Source: an uncultured Mycoplasmatota bacterium
GTDB lineage: Bacteria > Bacillota_I > Bacilli_A > RF39 > UBA660
NCBI GenBank assembly: GCA_946498375.1
Contig: CAMMOI010000002.1
Location: forward strand, 1-60,452
Length of the DNA: 60,452 bases
Direction: 5' to 3'
Shown here in pieces: positions 48,753-59,493 of the stretch. Each line of letters opens with the position of its first letter. The stretch's first letter is position 1. A model generated the notes under the pieces. It saw nothing but the letters and a program-made list of their open reading frames with translations. It was not told the origin of the DNA and made no database searches. The position numbers and the translations under genes were made by a program.

Positions 48753-49565
48753 ATGAAAATAATGTATCAAAATGAAATATTAAACACTGATGATTTAGAA
48801 AAATTAGGGTATGGTGATGAAGGTGTAGTTTATAAATATTTAGATAAAGCTTTAAAAGTTTATTGGCATACGCCACGAAAAAGAATTTTATCTTATGATT
48901 TTTTAAAAGATTTAATGACTATTAAGACACAAAGAATTTTACTACCAACCGATTATATTTATAAATTAGAAGATGATGATTGTGGATATTATAATGGATA
49001 TTCTATTAAATTAATTGATCATAAAATACCTTTAACCAATATTGAATTAACTTTAGATAAATTAAATTATGAAGAAGAAAAAATAATTAAAGATTTAGAA
49101 ATATTAGAAAAAAACAACTTAGAAATAATTGATTTAGCATCAAAAGGGAATTTTATTTATAATAATGAATTCTATTTTGTTGATCCTGGTAGTTATCATT
49201 ATTCTAAAGAACAAAATCTAGGGATAAGTAATTTAAATGAAGTTAACAATGCTTTAAATACTAATTTGTTTTTAATGAATAATAAAAAATCAGATTTAAA
49301 AAATGAATTAAGTGAAATATTACAAATAGATAAAAATTTAATTACGGATGATATATTATCTTTATGTAGGCAAATTTATAAAAATACAACATCTACTATT
49401 CAATTTACTAAAAAAAATTATTTTACCTTTTTAAAAGAAGTTATAAGTTATTATCAAAGTATAAAAAATTATAAGTTACAGTTAATTAGACAAGCTTTAA
49501 GCAATCAGAATATAGAAGATAATTATTTGGAAGCTCAAGATCAATTAAAAAGGATATTATCTTAG
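48753..49565 (+). CDS. minimal protein-kinase-like protein, paralog 2
   Basis: LGYGDEGVVYKY (GxGxxGxV), ALKVY, IIDLASKGN and VDPGSY (DFG replaced by DPG). ATG at 48753 follows GGGGTG. Confidence 0.55.
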   Translation: MKIMYQNEILNTDDLEKLGYGDEGVVYKYLDKALKVYWHTPRKRILSYDFLKDLMTIKTQRILLPTDYIYKLEDDDCGYYNGYSIKLIDHKIPLTNIELTLDKLNYEEEKIIKDLEILEKNNLEIIDLASKGNFIYNNEFYFVDPGSYHYSKEQNLGISNLNEVNNALNTNLFLMNNKKSDLKNELSEILQIDKNLITDDILSLCRQIYKNTTSTIQFTKKNYFTFLKEVISYYQSIKNYKLQLIRQALSNQNIEDNYLEAQDQLKRILS

Positions 49566-49617
49566 AAAGTGGCTAAAAATAGTTGAATAAAATATTTTAA
49601 TTTATTATAATAAAAGC

Positions 49618-49813
49618 AAGCGATGAAAAAAGAGTAGTAATATAATAATGCTTTATAAGAAAGCTAGTGGTTGATGTAAACTAGTAAGTAAAATTATATG
49701 AACTTGCTTTTGGATGTGATGGGCTAATCTCCCTTATAGATATCAAGGTAAGTAATACTTGCAAATTAAGGTGGTACCACGGCATTTCGTCCTTAGGAGA
49801 AATGTCTTTTTTT
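49618..49813 (+). promoter_or_regulatory. T-box leader with Leu (CUU) specifier and a terminator
   Basis: Stem I elements AGCGATGA, AGAGTAG, AGAAAG and GGTTGATGTAAA. Candidate specifier GAA-CTT-G at 49703-49705. T-box sequence AAATTAAGGTGGTACCACGG (49763-49782). Terminator CATTTCGTCC/GGAGAAATG followed by T7. Confidence 0.8.
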
Positions 49814-49836
49814 GATTTTTGAAAGGGTGAAGTTTT

Positions 49837-50220
49837 ATGATCTTTAATTTATGTTTCTTTGCTGGTATTTTTGTCATTGGATTTATAATATTTTATTTAA
49901 TAAATCTTAGAAGAGTTAAGAAAAAAAAGTTTAATAAAATTAAAGAGGCGAATTATTTAATTGGCAGATTTAAATTAGATAAGCAAAAGATTAATTATAA
50001 CAAGCTGATTATATTTATTAGTTTAGTAAATTCTTTTATAATAGCATTTGTATGTACAATTATTAGTATTATTCCTTTAGAGTTAATTTGGAAAATGTTA
50101 ATAGGATTTGTAATGCTGTTTATTATGATTTTTCTCATATATGAATTGATGGGGAAAATATGTTTAAAGAAAGGTTGGGGAAAAAATGCAGGAATTAAAT
50201 CACAAAAAAATAGAAAGTAA
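49837..50220 (+). CDS. small membrane protein (127 aa) between the T-box and leuS
   Basis: RBS AGGGTGA lies 6 nt upstream of the ATG. Three hydrophobic segments. Overlaps the leuS start by 35 nt. Confidence 0.55.
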   Translation: MIFNLCFFAGIFVIGFIIFYLINLRRVKKKKFNKIKEANYLIGRFKLDKQKINYNKLIIFISLVNSFIIAFVCTIISIIPLELIWKMLIGFVMLFIMIFLIYELMGKICLKKGWGKNAGIKSQKNRK

Positions 50221-53011
50221 ATGGCAAAAATATTGGGAAGAACATGAAACCTTTAAAACTGATGTTTGGGATTTTAGTAAACCAAAGTATTATGTTTTAG
50301 ATATGTTTCCTTATCCAAGTGGAGTAGGATTACATGCAGGGCATGTTTCAGGATATACTGCAACAGATATTATTTCACGTATGAAAAGAATGCAAGGGTT
50401 TAATGTATTACATCCAATGGGATATGATTCTTTTGGATTGCCTGCAGAACAATATGCTGTTACTACTGGTAATCATCCAGATGGATTTACAAAGAAAAAT
50501 GTTGAATATTTTACGCAGCAATTAAAGTCATTAGGTTTTGATTACGATTGGTCTAAAAAAATTCTTACTAGTGATCCCAAATTTTATAAATGGACACAAT
50601 GGATTTTTAAACAACTATATCTTGATGGATATGCTAAATATGTTGATATGCCAGTTAATTGGTGTGAAGAGTTAGGCACAGTTTTATCTAATGATGAGGT
50701 CATAGATGGCAAATCAGAAAGAGGGGGATATCCAGTAGTTCGCAAAAATATGAAACAACTTTGCATAGATCAGGTAGCTTTTGCAGAAAAATTATTAGAA
50801 GGATTAGATCACTTAGATTGGCCAGAATCTACTAAGGAAATTCAAAGAAATTGGATTGGAAAAAGTATAGGAGCTCATGTAACTTTTAAAGTGGCTGATT
50901 TTGATGAAGAATTTGTTGTTTTTACAACAAGATGTGATACTTTATTTGGGGCTACTTACTGTGTTTTATCTCCAGAACATAAATTAGTTGATAAAATAAC
51001 TAGCGAAGATAAAAAGCAAGAAGTAGCTGACTATAAAAAAATATGTGCCTCTAAAAGTGATTTAGAAAGAACAGAGTTAAATCATGAAAAAACAGGAGTG
51101 TTTATAGGAGCATACGCTATTAATCCTGTTAATAATAACAAAATTCCAATTTATATTAGTGATTATGTTTTAGCAAGTTATGGTACAGGAGCAATAATGG
51201 CAGTTCCTGCTCATGATACAAGAGATTATGAATTTGCTACTAAATTTAATATTCCAATTATTCAAGTTCTAGAAGAAGAAACGGGTATCAAACAGGAAAA
51301 TGAAACCAAAAAAGAATCTATAGTTGCTATTATTTATAATAAGAATAGTAATAAATATTTAACTCTTAATTGGAAACAAATGGGAGGACGTCTATTTATT
51401 GGAGGCACCAAAAATAATAATGAATCTTCTTTAGAATGCGCACTAAGAGAAATAAAAGAAGAAACAGGATATATAAATGTAAAATTTATTAAAGAGCTTC
51501 CAAGAATTAATCACCATTATTATGCTAAAAATAAAAATATTTATTTTAATACTGATGCTACGCCCTTGTATTTTGAATTAATTGATGAAAAACAAGTAAA
51601 ACAAAATTTAGATGCTGATGAAAGTTTTGAAATAGAATGGGTAGATGCACAAATTATTGAACAAGAAGTTGTGGATGAATTACATAAAAAGTCATATGAG
51701 TATACTTTAAATAGCGGAGCAATGATAGGTGATGGAATTCATATTAATAGTGAATTTTTAAATGGCCTTAATAAAAAAGATGCTATTAATAAAATGTTAG
51801 AATATTTGGAGCAAAATAACATTGGCCAAAAACATGTAAATTATAAATTTAGAGAATGGATATTTGCTCGTCAAAGATATTGGGGAGAACCTGTTCCAAT
51901 AGTTCATATGGAAGATAACACCGATTATGTTTTAGAAGACATTGAACTACCATTGGTTTTACCTAAATTAGAAGATTATCAAGCTCATAATGGCAAGGCG
52001 CCACTAGAAAATGCTACCGAGTGGAAAAATTATGTTTCTAAGGATGGTAAAAAGGGAATTAGAGAAACATCTACAATGCCAGGATCAGCTGGCTCTAGTT
52101 GGTATTATTTTAGATATATTGATCCTAATAATGATAATATGTTTTGTGATCCTAAGTTGGCTAAGCATTGGTTACCAGTAGATTTATATTTAGGTGGCCC
52201 AGAACATGCTGTAGGTCATTTAATATATTCCCGAATTTGGAATCGTTATTTATATGATAAAGGATTATCTTTTGTTAAAGAGCCATTTAAAAAATTAGTT
52301 CACCAAGGAATGATTTTAGGAGAAAATGGCATAAAAATGGGAAAAAGATATCCTGAATATGCTGTTGACCCTAAAGATATATGTGAAAAATATGGTGCAG
52401 ATACGCTAAGATTATATGAGATGTTTATGGGACCAATTGAGGCTAGTAAGCCATGGAGTTCCAAAGGAGTAGATGCAGCTCGTAAATTTATTGAACGAGT
52501 TTGGCGCTTTTTTACTAATAAAGAAAATATTTCTAATTCAGAGGTTAAGCAACTAGATAAAATTTATAATACAACTGTAAAAAAAGTTACTAATGATTTT
52601 GAATCATTAAATTTCAATACAGCTATTTCGCAAATGATGATTTTTGTTAACGAATGTTATAAAATAGGAACTTGTTCTTTAGAATACGCTCAAGGATTCA
52701 TTAAAATGATTAGTTGTATTATTCCACATACTGCTGAGGAAATATGGCAAATACTTGGTCACAATGAGACTATAGCCTATGAGTCATGGCCTAGTTATGA
52801 TGAATCTAAAATGGTTGATGAAAATGTAAACATTGCTATATCAGTAAATGGAAAATTACGAAATACAATAAAAGTTCCTTTAAATAGCGAAAAATCTTAT
52901 GTTGAAAAATTAGCATTAACTGATCAAAAGGTTAGTAAGCATTTAGAAAATAAAGAAATAGTAAAAATTATATTTGTACCAAATAAAATAATAAATATAG
53001 TAGTAAGGTGA
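50186..53011 (+). CDS. leuS: leucine--tRNA ligase with an inserted Nudix domain
   Basis: N-terminus [16 protein letters not shown]-type HAGH, CP1 editing domain and KMSKS-type KMGKR. About 150 extra codons (51272..51727) carry the Nudix box [23 protein letters not shown]. Confidence 0.9.
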   Translation: MQELNHKKIESKWQKYWEEHETFKTDVWDFSKPKYYVLDMFPYPSGVGLHAGHVSGYTATDIISRMKRMQGFNVLHPMGYDSFGLPAEQYAVTTGNHPDGFTKKNVEYFTQQLKSLGFDYDWSKKILTSDPKFYKWTQWIFKQLYLDGYAKYVDMPVNWCEELGTVLSNDEVIDGKSERGGYPVVRKNMKQLCIDQVAFAEKLLEGLDHLDWPESTKEIQRNWIGKSIGAHVTFKVADFDEEFVVFTTRCDTLFGATYCVLSPEHKLVDKITSEDKKQEVADYKKICASKSDLERTELNHEKTGVFIGAYAINPVNNNKIPIYISDYVLASYGTGAIMAVPAHDTRDYEFATKFNIPIIQVLEEETGIKQENETKKESIVAIIYNKNSNKYLTLNWKQMGGRLFIGGTKNNNESSLECALREIKEETGYINVKFIKELPRINHHYYAKNKNIYFNTDATPLYFELIDEKQVKQNLDADESFEIEWVDAQIIEQEVVDELHKKSYEYTLNSGAMIGDGIHINSEFLNGLNKKDAINKMLEYLEQNNIGQKHVNYKFREWIFARQRYWGEPVPIVHMEDNTDYVLEDIELPLVLPKLEDYQAHNGKAPLENATEWKNYVSKDGKKGIRETSTMPGSAGSSWYYFRYIDPNNDNMFCDPKLAKHWLPVDLYLGGPEHAVGHLIYSRIWNRYLYDKGLSFVKEPFKKLVHQGMILGENGIKMGKRYPEYAVDPKDICEKYGADTLRLYEMFMGPIEASKPWSSKGVDAARKFIERVWRFFTNKENISNSEVKQLDKIYNTTVKKVTNDFESLNFNTAISQMMIFVNECYKIGTCSLEYAQGFIKMISCIIPHTAEEIWQILGHNETIAYESWPSYDESKMVDENVNIAISVNGKLRNTIKVPLNSEKSYVEKLALTDQKVSKHLENKEIVKIIFVPNKIINIVVR

Positions 53012-53015
53012 TGAG

Positions 53016-53729
53016 ATGAATAATAAATTACCTAATCATGTTGGTTTAATTATGGATGGTAATGGACGATACGCTCAAAAATTAGGGAAGCCTAGAAGTT
53101 ATGGGCATCAAAAAGGTGCTCAAAATTTAAAAAAACTTTGTAAATATATTTACAAAAAGAAAATCAAATATTTGTCAATTTACGCTTTTTCTACAGAAAA
53201 TTTTAACCGTCCGCCAGAAGAAGTAGACTATTTAATGAATTTGTTTGTAAAGATGTTTACAAAAGAATTAAATTTTTTAAAAAATGAAGGCGTAAAAGTT
53301 ATTTTCTCAGGAAAAAAAGATAATTTAAATAAAGATGTTTTAAATGCTATGAAAACAATTATTAAAAGTACTCAAAATAATCAAAAAGCAGTTTTAAATA
53401 TTTGCCTAAATTATGGGTCACAAGATGAAATAGTTGATATGGTAAAACAAATTTGTAATAAAGTAGTTTGTAATGAACTATCCATAAAAGATATAAATAA
53501 AGAAGAAGTTTCTAAAAATTTATATCATAATTTACCACCACTTGATTTAGTTATTAGAACAAGTGGAGAACAAAGACTTAGTAATTTTATGTTATGGCAA
53601 TCTGCTTATGCTGAATTTTATTTTCCTGAATGTAACTTTCCGGAATTTGATGAGCAACAATTAGATAAAGCCCTGGAAGTTTATGCCAATCGTGATCGAC
53701 GTTTTGGCTTAATAAAAGAAGTAATTTAG
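53016..53729 (+). CDS. uppS: isoprenyl transferase (undecaprenyl diphosphate synthase)
   Basis: HVGLIMDGNGRYA ... IRTSGEQRLSNFMLWQSAYAEFYF. Confidence 0.9.
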   Translation: MNNKLPNHVGLIMDGNGRYAQKLGKPRSYGHQKGAQNLKKLCKYIYKKKIKYLSIYAFSTENFNRPPEEVDYLMNLFVKMFTKELNFLKNEGVKVIFSGKKDNLNKDVLNAMKTIIKSTQNNQKAVLNICLNYGSQDEIVDMVKQICNKVVCNELSIKDINKEEVSKNLYHNLPPLDLVIRTSGEQRLSNFMLWQSAYAEFYFPECNFPEFDEQQLDKALEVYANRDRRFGLIKEVI

Positions 53730-53765
53730 AATCTATTAATATCTATTATTAATAGATTTTTTATA

Positions 53766-53798
53766 TAAAAAAACCTCTAATATATAGAGGTAATTTTT
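53766..53798. terminator. bidirectional terminator between uppS and the tRNA pair
   Basis: CCTCTA / TAGAGG stem flanked by an A-run and a T-run. Confidence 0.55.
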
Positions 53799-53803
53799 CA
53801 ATA

Positions 53804-53880
53804 TGGTAACCCGTACGGGTTTCGAACCCGTGAATACCACCTTGAGAGGGTGGCGTGTTAAGCCGCTTCACCAACGGGTC
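53804..53880 (-). tRNA. tRNA-Glu (anticodon CTC)
   Basis: Acceptor GACCCGT/ACGGGTT, anticodon arm CCACC-CTCTCAA-GGTGG, T-arm ACGGG-TTCGAAA-CCCGT, encoded CCA. Confidence 0.85.
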
Positions 53881-53885
53881 ATATT

Positions 53886-53961
53886 TGGCTGCCCCAGTTA
53901 GATTCGAACTAACGGAATGTCAGGTTCAGAGCCTGATGCCTTACCACTTGGCTATGGGGCA
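53886..53961 (-). tRNA. tRNA-Gln (anticodon CTG)
   Basis: Acceptor TGCCCCA/TGGGGCA, anticodon arm TCAGG-CTCTGAA-CCTGA, T-arm GTTAG-TTCGAAT-CTAAC, encoded CCA. Confidence 0.85.
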
Positions 53962-54001
53962 ACAACAAACAAATTATACCATTAAATGTTTAAATTGTCA
54001 T

Positions 54002-54964
54002 TTATTTCTTTATTTTTTTATAAACTAATGGTGTAGATTCATTATAGTTTAATCCAGTTAATGAAGAAATTGGTCCAAAAACATTTAAGACTTCTTCGCT
54101 AGATTTAGATGGATCTTTAATTATTTGTTCTATTTGATTAATTATGTCAATAGATTCAAATTTTGCTTTTCTAATTAAAGAACACATGCCTGATTTTTCA
54201 TATTGTTTAGTATAAGGATTTTCCCAGATTATTGGGATATAATCATAAAGATCATATTTATGTCCATTATCTGGATAAATTAAATTTCCTATTTTAATAT
54301 TTTCATCTTGGTTAAATTCATCAAATGTTTTATATAAATTTTTTTTAATTGGATTAACATTATAACGATGCTTTTTTATAAATTTTAAGTCTTTTCCTAA
54401 ATTATATGTTAAATTAAAACTCATTTCATGGTTGTGATATGTTTTTTGACATGCATAATCAATCACATTTTGCAATCTCCAGAATAATATTGAATCATTT
54501 TGTTTAGTATCAAATAAATAATTTAATGTATCTTCTAAAGATAAATTATAATATGATGCCCAGAAATTTAAACTAGCAATATCGTATCTTGAGGCATAAT
54601 TATCTATTGCTGCTTGAGTAACCTGTGGTTGCTCTTCTTTTAAAATTTCACTTTCAATAAAGGCATTTGTATGTTTATCATAAATATAACTACTTATAAA
54701 ACCATATAAAAAGCTTTTTAGATTATTATCATAACTTAAATGATTGATTTTAATATAATTAATAAAATGATAAACGAATTGATCAAAATCTTTGTGTTTT
54801 AAATTATTAATTTGTTGATAATTTTTTAAATAGGTATATGGACTAGAAATAAGTAAATCAAAACCCCCCGTAGCATTTTTAAAAGTTGCTTGTTCAAGGT
54901 TAACATTATCTAAATTATTAACTACTTCATTACCAAAAATTCTTTTACTTATATTGCTTAACAT
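54002..54964 (-). CDS. hypothetical protein
   Basis: Long ORF with RBS AAAGGAGGA upstream. No recognisable motif. Confidence 0.5.
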   Translation of the reverse strand: MLSNISKRIFGNEVVNNLDNVNLEQATFKNATGGFDLLISSPYTYLKNYQQINNLKHKDFDQFVYHFINYIKINHLSYDNNLKSFLYGFISSYIYDKHTNAFIESEILKEEQPQVTQAAIDNYASRYDIASLNFWASYYNLSLEDTLNYLFDTKQNDSILFWRLQNVIDYACQKTYHNHEMSFNLTYNLGKDLKFIKKHRYNVNPIKKNLYKTFDEFNQDENIKIGNLIYPDNGHKYDLYDYIPIIWENPYTKQYEKSGMCSLIRKAKFESIDIINQIEQIIKDPSKSSEEVLNVFGPISSLTGLNYNESTPLVYKKIKK

Positions 54965-55099
54965 TTAATCCTCCTTTGAATAATTAGTATATTAACATGT
55001 TCAATATTAATTGTCAAACAAATGTCTACAAAGATAATGTTTTTGAGTTATTTATTAAATATAGGATATAATAATTTATATAATAAAAAGGAGTTTAAT

Positions 55100-57466
55100 A
55101 TGAAAAGAAAAATAAAAAAAGTACTTACTTTAGAAGAGGTAGAATTAACTGATAGATATTTTAGAGCTGCAAATTATTTATCTGCTGCTCAATTATATTT
55201 ATTAGATAATCCTTTATTAAAAGAAGAATTAAAACCTGAGCATATCAAAAAGAAAATAGTAGGACATTGGGGAACTACTCCTGGACAAAATTTTATTTAT
55301 GTTCATTTGAACAGAATAATTAATAAATATGATTTAAACATGCTATATGTTTCTGGTCCGGGTCATGGTGGTCAGGCAGTTGTTAGTAATGTTTATTTAG
55401 AGGGGACTTATTCTCAAATATATCCTAATGTATCACAAGATTATGAAGGATTAAAAAAATTATGCAAGCAATTTTCTTTTCCTGGGGGAATTTCTTCCCA
55501 CGTTGCTCCAGAAACTCCTGGATCAATTAATGAAGGAGGGGAACTGGGTTATAGCTTAGCTCATTCTTATGGAGCAGTTTTAGATAATCCTGATTTAATT
55601 GTTGCATGTTGTATTGGCGATGGGGAGGCCGAAACTGGCCCCTTAGCAACAAGTTGGCATATAAACAAATTTATTAATCCTAAAACGGATGGAGCGGTTT
55701 TACCTATATTACATTTAAATGGTTATAAAATTGCTAACCCATCAATATTAGCAAGGATTAGTGAAACTGAATTAATATCTTATTTCCAAGGTTGTGGTTA
55801 TAATCCTATTGTTGTAGAGGGAAATGTTCCCAAAATAATGCATCAAAAAACGGCCTCAGCATTAGAAGAATGTGTAAGCTCAATTAAAAATATTTGGCAG
55901 AAAGCTCGTCAAAAAAAAGTTGAGGGACGTCCGCTTTGGCCAATGATTATTTTAAAAACTCCTAAAGGATGGACTGGGCCTAAAATTTTTGAAGAAAAGC
56001 AAATTGAAGGGTCATTTAGAGCACATCAAGTTCCAATTACAATTGATCCTAAAACGCCACAAAATATTAAATTATTAGAAAATTGGTTATTAAGTTATCG
56101 ACCAAATGAATTATTTGATGAGGATGGAAAGCTAAAACCAGAATTAAAAAAATTAGCTCCAAAGCCAGGAAAAAGAATGGGCGAAAATATGCATGCTAAT
56201 GGAGGATTGTTATATAAGCCCCTTAGAACTCCTGATTTTAAAAAATATGGTATAGATGTTAAACCTGGAGTTACTGAATCACAGGATATGTTAGAATTAG
56301 GTAGGTATATTAAAGATGTTTTAGCTTTAAATGAAGAAAATAAAAATTTCAGGATTTTTGGTCCTGATGAGGCTTTATCAAATCGCTTAAACCATATATT
56401 TGAAGTTACAAATCGTCAATTTGATGCAAATATATTAAAAACAGATGAATACTTATCATCTAGTGGAAGAGTAATAGATTCTTATTTATCAGAACATGTT
56501 TGTCAGGGTCTTTTAGAGGGCTACTTACTTACCGGAAGACACGGATTTATTCATAGTTATGAGGCATTCATTCGTATTATTGATTCGATGGTTAGCCAAC
56601 ATGCAAAATGGTTAAAGGTTTGTAATGAATTGGATTGGCGTGCTGATATAGCTAGTTTAAATATTATATTATCATCTCATGTGTGGCAACAAGATCATAA
56701 TGGATATACTCATCAAGATCCAGGATTTTTAAATCATTTAGTTACCAAAAAAGCTGATATTGTTCGTATGTATTTACCAGCTGATACTAACTGTTTAATT
56801 TCTTGTTTTGATCATGTTATTAAAACAAAAAATTATATTAATGTAATAGTAGCAAGTAAGCATCCAACTAAGCAGTGGTTATCAATGGATGAGGCAGTAA
56901 AACACTGTACGAAAGGAATTGGAATTTGGCCATTTGCATCTACTTATGTAAAAGATAATCCAGATATTGTAATGGCCTGTTGTGGAGATACGCCAACATT
57001 AGAAACAATAGCAGCAGTTGAGATATTAAAAGAAAACTTTCCTCAATTAAAAATTAGAGTAGTTAATGTCGTAGATTTAATGAAATTACAATCAAATACA
57101 ATTCATCCTCATGGGCTATCTGATAATGATTATAATTCTTTATTTACAACAGATAAACCTATTATATTTGCTTTCCATGGATATCCTTCTTTAATCCATG
57201 AATTAACATATCGCCGCCAAAATCAAGATTTACATGTTCATGGATATTTAGAAGAAGGAACAATTACTACACCATTTGATATGCGTGTTCAAAATAAAAT
57301 TGATCGTTTTCATTTAGTCTTAGATGCTTTAAAATATTTATCAATGTTAAAAGATAAAAGAGCAGCTTTAGAAGAATGGTGTAAAAATAAATTAATTGAA
57401 CATAAAGAATATATTCATGAATATGGAATTGATTTAGATGAAATTAGAAACTGGCATCTAAAATAA
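55100..57466 (+). CDS. xfp: phosphoketolase (xylulose-5-P/fructose-6-P)
   Basis: ATG at 55100 follows [39 protein letters not shown] and GDGEAETGP. Confidence 0.9.
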   Translation: MKRKIKKVLTLEEVELTDRYFRAANYLSAAQLYLLDNPLLKEELKPEHIKKKIVGHWGTTPGQNFIYVHLNRIINKYDLNMLYVSGPGHGGQAVVSNVYLEGTYSQIYPNVSQDYEGLKKLCKQFSFPGGISSHVAPETPGSINEGGELGYSLAHSYGAVLDNPDLIVACCIGDGEAETGPLATSWHINKFINPKTDGAVLPILHLNGYKIANPSILARISETELISYFQGCGYNPIVVEGNVPKIMHQKTASALEECVSSIKNIWQKARQKKVEGRPLWPMIILKTPKGWTGPKIFEEKQIEGSFRAHQVPITIDPKTPQNIKLLENWLLSYRPNELFDEDGKLKPELKKLAPKPGKRMGENMHANGGLLYKPLRTPDFKKYGIDVKPGVTESQDMLELGRYIKDVLALNEENKNFRIFGPDEALSNRLNHIFEVTNRQFDANILKTDEYLSSSGRVIDSYLSEHVCQGLLEGYLLTGRHGFIHSYEAFIRIIDSMVSQHAKWLKVCNELDWRADIASLNIILSSHVWQQDHNGYTHQDPGFLNHLVTKKADIVRMYLPADTNCLISCFDHVIKTKNYINVIVASKHPTKQWLSMDEAVKHCTKGIGIWPFASTYVKDNPDIVMACCGDTPTLETIAAVEILKENFPQLKIRVVNVVDLMKLQSNTIHPHGLSDNDYNSLFTTDKPIIFAFHGYPSLIHELTYRRQNQDLHVHGYLEEGTITTPFDMRVQNKIDRFHLVLDALKYLSMLKDKRAALEEWCKNKLIEHKEYIHEYGIDLDEIRNWHLK

Positions 57467-57526
57467 TATACTTGAAAGAAGAATTGGAATTTGCTATAAT
57501 TCTAAATAGAATAGCGAGGGATACAT

Positions 57527-57787
57527 ATGCTTGATAAAATAAGTATAAAAAAAGACGATGGAACTGTTGCTGATGCAGAGTTAATTACTGCTTTTGAAAT
57601 TCCTGATTTTGGCCGTAAATATGTAATTTACACTTTTAATGAACCTGATCCTAATGGACTTGCTCGTCTTAGTGTATCACAATTAATTGAGGCAAATGGA
57701 GCTTATCAATTAAAAAGTATTGAAACAGAGGATGAGTGGACTAGAATTAAGGAAGTTATGCGCGAAATTATAAAAGGAGGTAATTAA
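57527..57787 (+). CDS. DUF1292-family small protein
   Basis: The pattern DGTVADAELITAFEIPDFGRKYVIYTFNE resembles DUF1292. Assigned from memory. Confidence 0.55.
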   Translation: MLDKISIKKDDGTVADAELITAFEIPDFGRKYVIYTFNEPDPNGLARLSVSQLIEANGAYQLKSIETEDEWTRIKEVMREIIKGGN

Positions 57788-57788
57788 A

Positions 57789-58535
57789 ATGACTACTTTT
57801 AATTATATACCAATTGATTTAAAACTTCCGTTTATGACAACTGCTAGTAATACTCCTAAATTAATTGCAGTAAAAAAGGATGCTTCAACTGCTATGAAAA
57901 CTCATTATAAACCAACTGTTGTTAATCCCACAGTAAATAATATTCAACAGTCAAGTGTTGCACCTCAGCCAGCTCCTGTTCAAACTCCTGTTACAAATGT
58001 AGTAAATGGTGCTGAGTTTCAGGCTCCACCTGCTGAATTAGCTCCTGATGCACCAATTGATACAATGGTACAACCTTTTGATATAAATTCTCAAATTGAT
58101 GTACCTGATACATTAGATACAAATCCGGCTATTGATATAACTATACCTTCTAATAATCAATCTACTAATTCAGTTTCCAACCAACAAGAAGAATCATTTG
58201 CTAATGCTATGCCATCAAATTCTTTAGATAGCAGTACGCAAATAAAACAAAATAATGTGCAAAGTCCAAATCAATTAAGTGATGAAAATTTAATTGTTGA
58301 AATAAAAAAATTAATTGATCAAAGTAGTATTAAAGATGAAGTTATTAAAACTGAAATAGAACTAGCAATAAGAAAAGCACTTAATGATGCTAAACTTTTA
58401 GAACAAATAAAATATGCCAATGCTGTAACTGAACTTGCCAATGCTACAGTAAATTTAGCAAAAACTAATAAGCAAAATTCTATTCAGAATATTGCCCCTC
58501 AAGTAGAAAGTTTGAACATGCAAAGAACTGCTTAA
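57789..58535 (+). CDS. hypothetical protein, Q/N/P/S-rich with a C-terminal helical region
   Basis: Starts 1 nt after the previous stop. Low-complexity central part. Confidence 0.45.
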   Translation: MTTFNYIPIDLKLPFMTTASNTPKLIAVKKDASTAMKTHYKPTVVNPTVNNIQQSSVAPQPAPVQTPVTNVVNGAEFQAPPAELAPDAPIDTMVQPFDINSQIDVPDTLDTNPAIDITIPSNNQSTNSVSNQQEESFANAMPSNSLDSSTQIKQNNVQSPNQLSDENLIVEIKKLIDQSSIKDEVIKTEIELAIRKALNDAKLLEQIKYANAVTELANATVNLAKTNKQNSIQNIAPQVESLNMQRTA

Positions 58536-58569
58536 GTCATAGACTTAAGTTTTTTTCATATAATTTAAT

Positions 58570-59493
58570 ATGAAAAGCGATATAGAATATTTTTATAATA
58601 TAAAATTAGATAGTTTTAACCAAATAAGAGATTATTATGCCTTTGAGCTTAACTTAGATAAATATTATTTTTGTCCTTTTAAAAGGCCATTAGAAGATTT
58701 TGAAGATTTATTAAAAGTTAGTAATGAATTAGAAAATAAAAATATTTTATGTCATAAATTTATGCTTAATAAAGATAAAAAATATATTACTACTATAAAT
58801 AATCAAAATTATATTCTTTTGAGAATTAGGATAAATGAAGCAGAAGAAATAGATTTATTTGAGATTGAAAAAATTCAAAATAATTTAATTCTTAATTCTG
58901 AAAAAAGTAAATTATATCGTAATAATTGGGGTAAATTATGGAGTGAAAAAATAGATTATTTTGAATATCAAATTACTCAACTAGGAAAAGAAAAAGAATT
59001 GATTTTAAATACCTTTAGTTATTATATAGGATTAGCCGAAAATGCAATTAGTTATGTTAATAATACCGTAGAAAACTATACTCCTAGTTATAAATTAACT
59101 TTATCGCATAAAAGAATATATTATCCTAATTATGCTTTAAATTATTATAACCCATTATCTTTTATTTTTGATTTAAGAATCAGAGATATTGCCGAGTATG
59201 TAAAAAGTGCATTTTTTAATAATATTTATATTATTAATGATTTAGAAGCTTATTTTAAAAAAGCTAATTTATCTAATTATGAATACCGGTTATTATATGC
59301 TAGATTATTATATCCTTCATATTATTTTGATTTATATGAAGAAGTAATGAATCATCAAAAATCCGAACAAGAAATATTAAAAATTATTAATTTGGTAGAT
59401 GAATACGAATTATTCTTAAAAAATGTATACCTATTAATAAGTAAATATAGTCCAATTGATAGTATAGAATGGATAATGAAAAAAGAAGCCTAA
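58570..59493 (+). CDS. hypothetical protein (a CotS/APH-like fold is possible but unsupported)
   Basis: Long ORF. Only a weak IFDLRIRDIAEY resemblance to phosphotransferase motifs. Confidence 0.4.
   Translation: MKSDIEYFYNIKLDSFNQIRDYYAFELNLDKYYFCPFKRPLEDFEDLLKVSNELENKNILCHKFMLNKDKKYITTINNQNYILLRIRINEAEEIDLFEIEKIQNNLILNSEKSKLYRNNWGKLWSEKIDYFEYQITQLGKEKELILNTFSYYIGLAENAISYVNNTVENYTPSYKLTLSHKRIYYPNYALNYYNPLSFIFDLRIRDIAEYVKSAFFNNIYIINDLEAYFKKANLSNYEYRLLYARLLYPSYYFDLYEEVMNHQKSEQEILKIINLVDEYELFLKNVYLLISKYSPIDSIEWIMKKEA

Noticed and set aside
1185-50766. Other short ORFs in the track that overlap larger genes on the opposite strand: 1185..1415, 1844..2059, 4155..4352, 8721..8933, 10052..10234, 11484..11678, 33951..34148, 38286..38477, 38771..38995, 39952..40134, 41893..42129, 42671..42916, 48160..48402 and 50584..50766.
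   Set aside because: Each is embedded in a longer ORF that has recognisable motifs or better start signals. AT-rich genomes generate such antisense ORFs by chance.
52334-52348. The LeuRS KMSKS motif reads KMGKR, raising the idea of an inactive or paralogous LeuRS.
   Set aside because: Both lysines are kept. The HIGH-type motif (HAGH), the editing domain and the tRNA-binding C-terminus look intact, and the gene has a Leu T-box. It is a variant, not evidence of inactivity.
57789-58535. The Q/N/P/S-rich protein as a product of DNA tandem repeats, or as a cell-wall-anchored adhesin.
   Set aside because: I see no nucleotide-level tandem repeat, no signal peptide and no LPxTG motif. This is low-complexity composition only.
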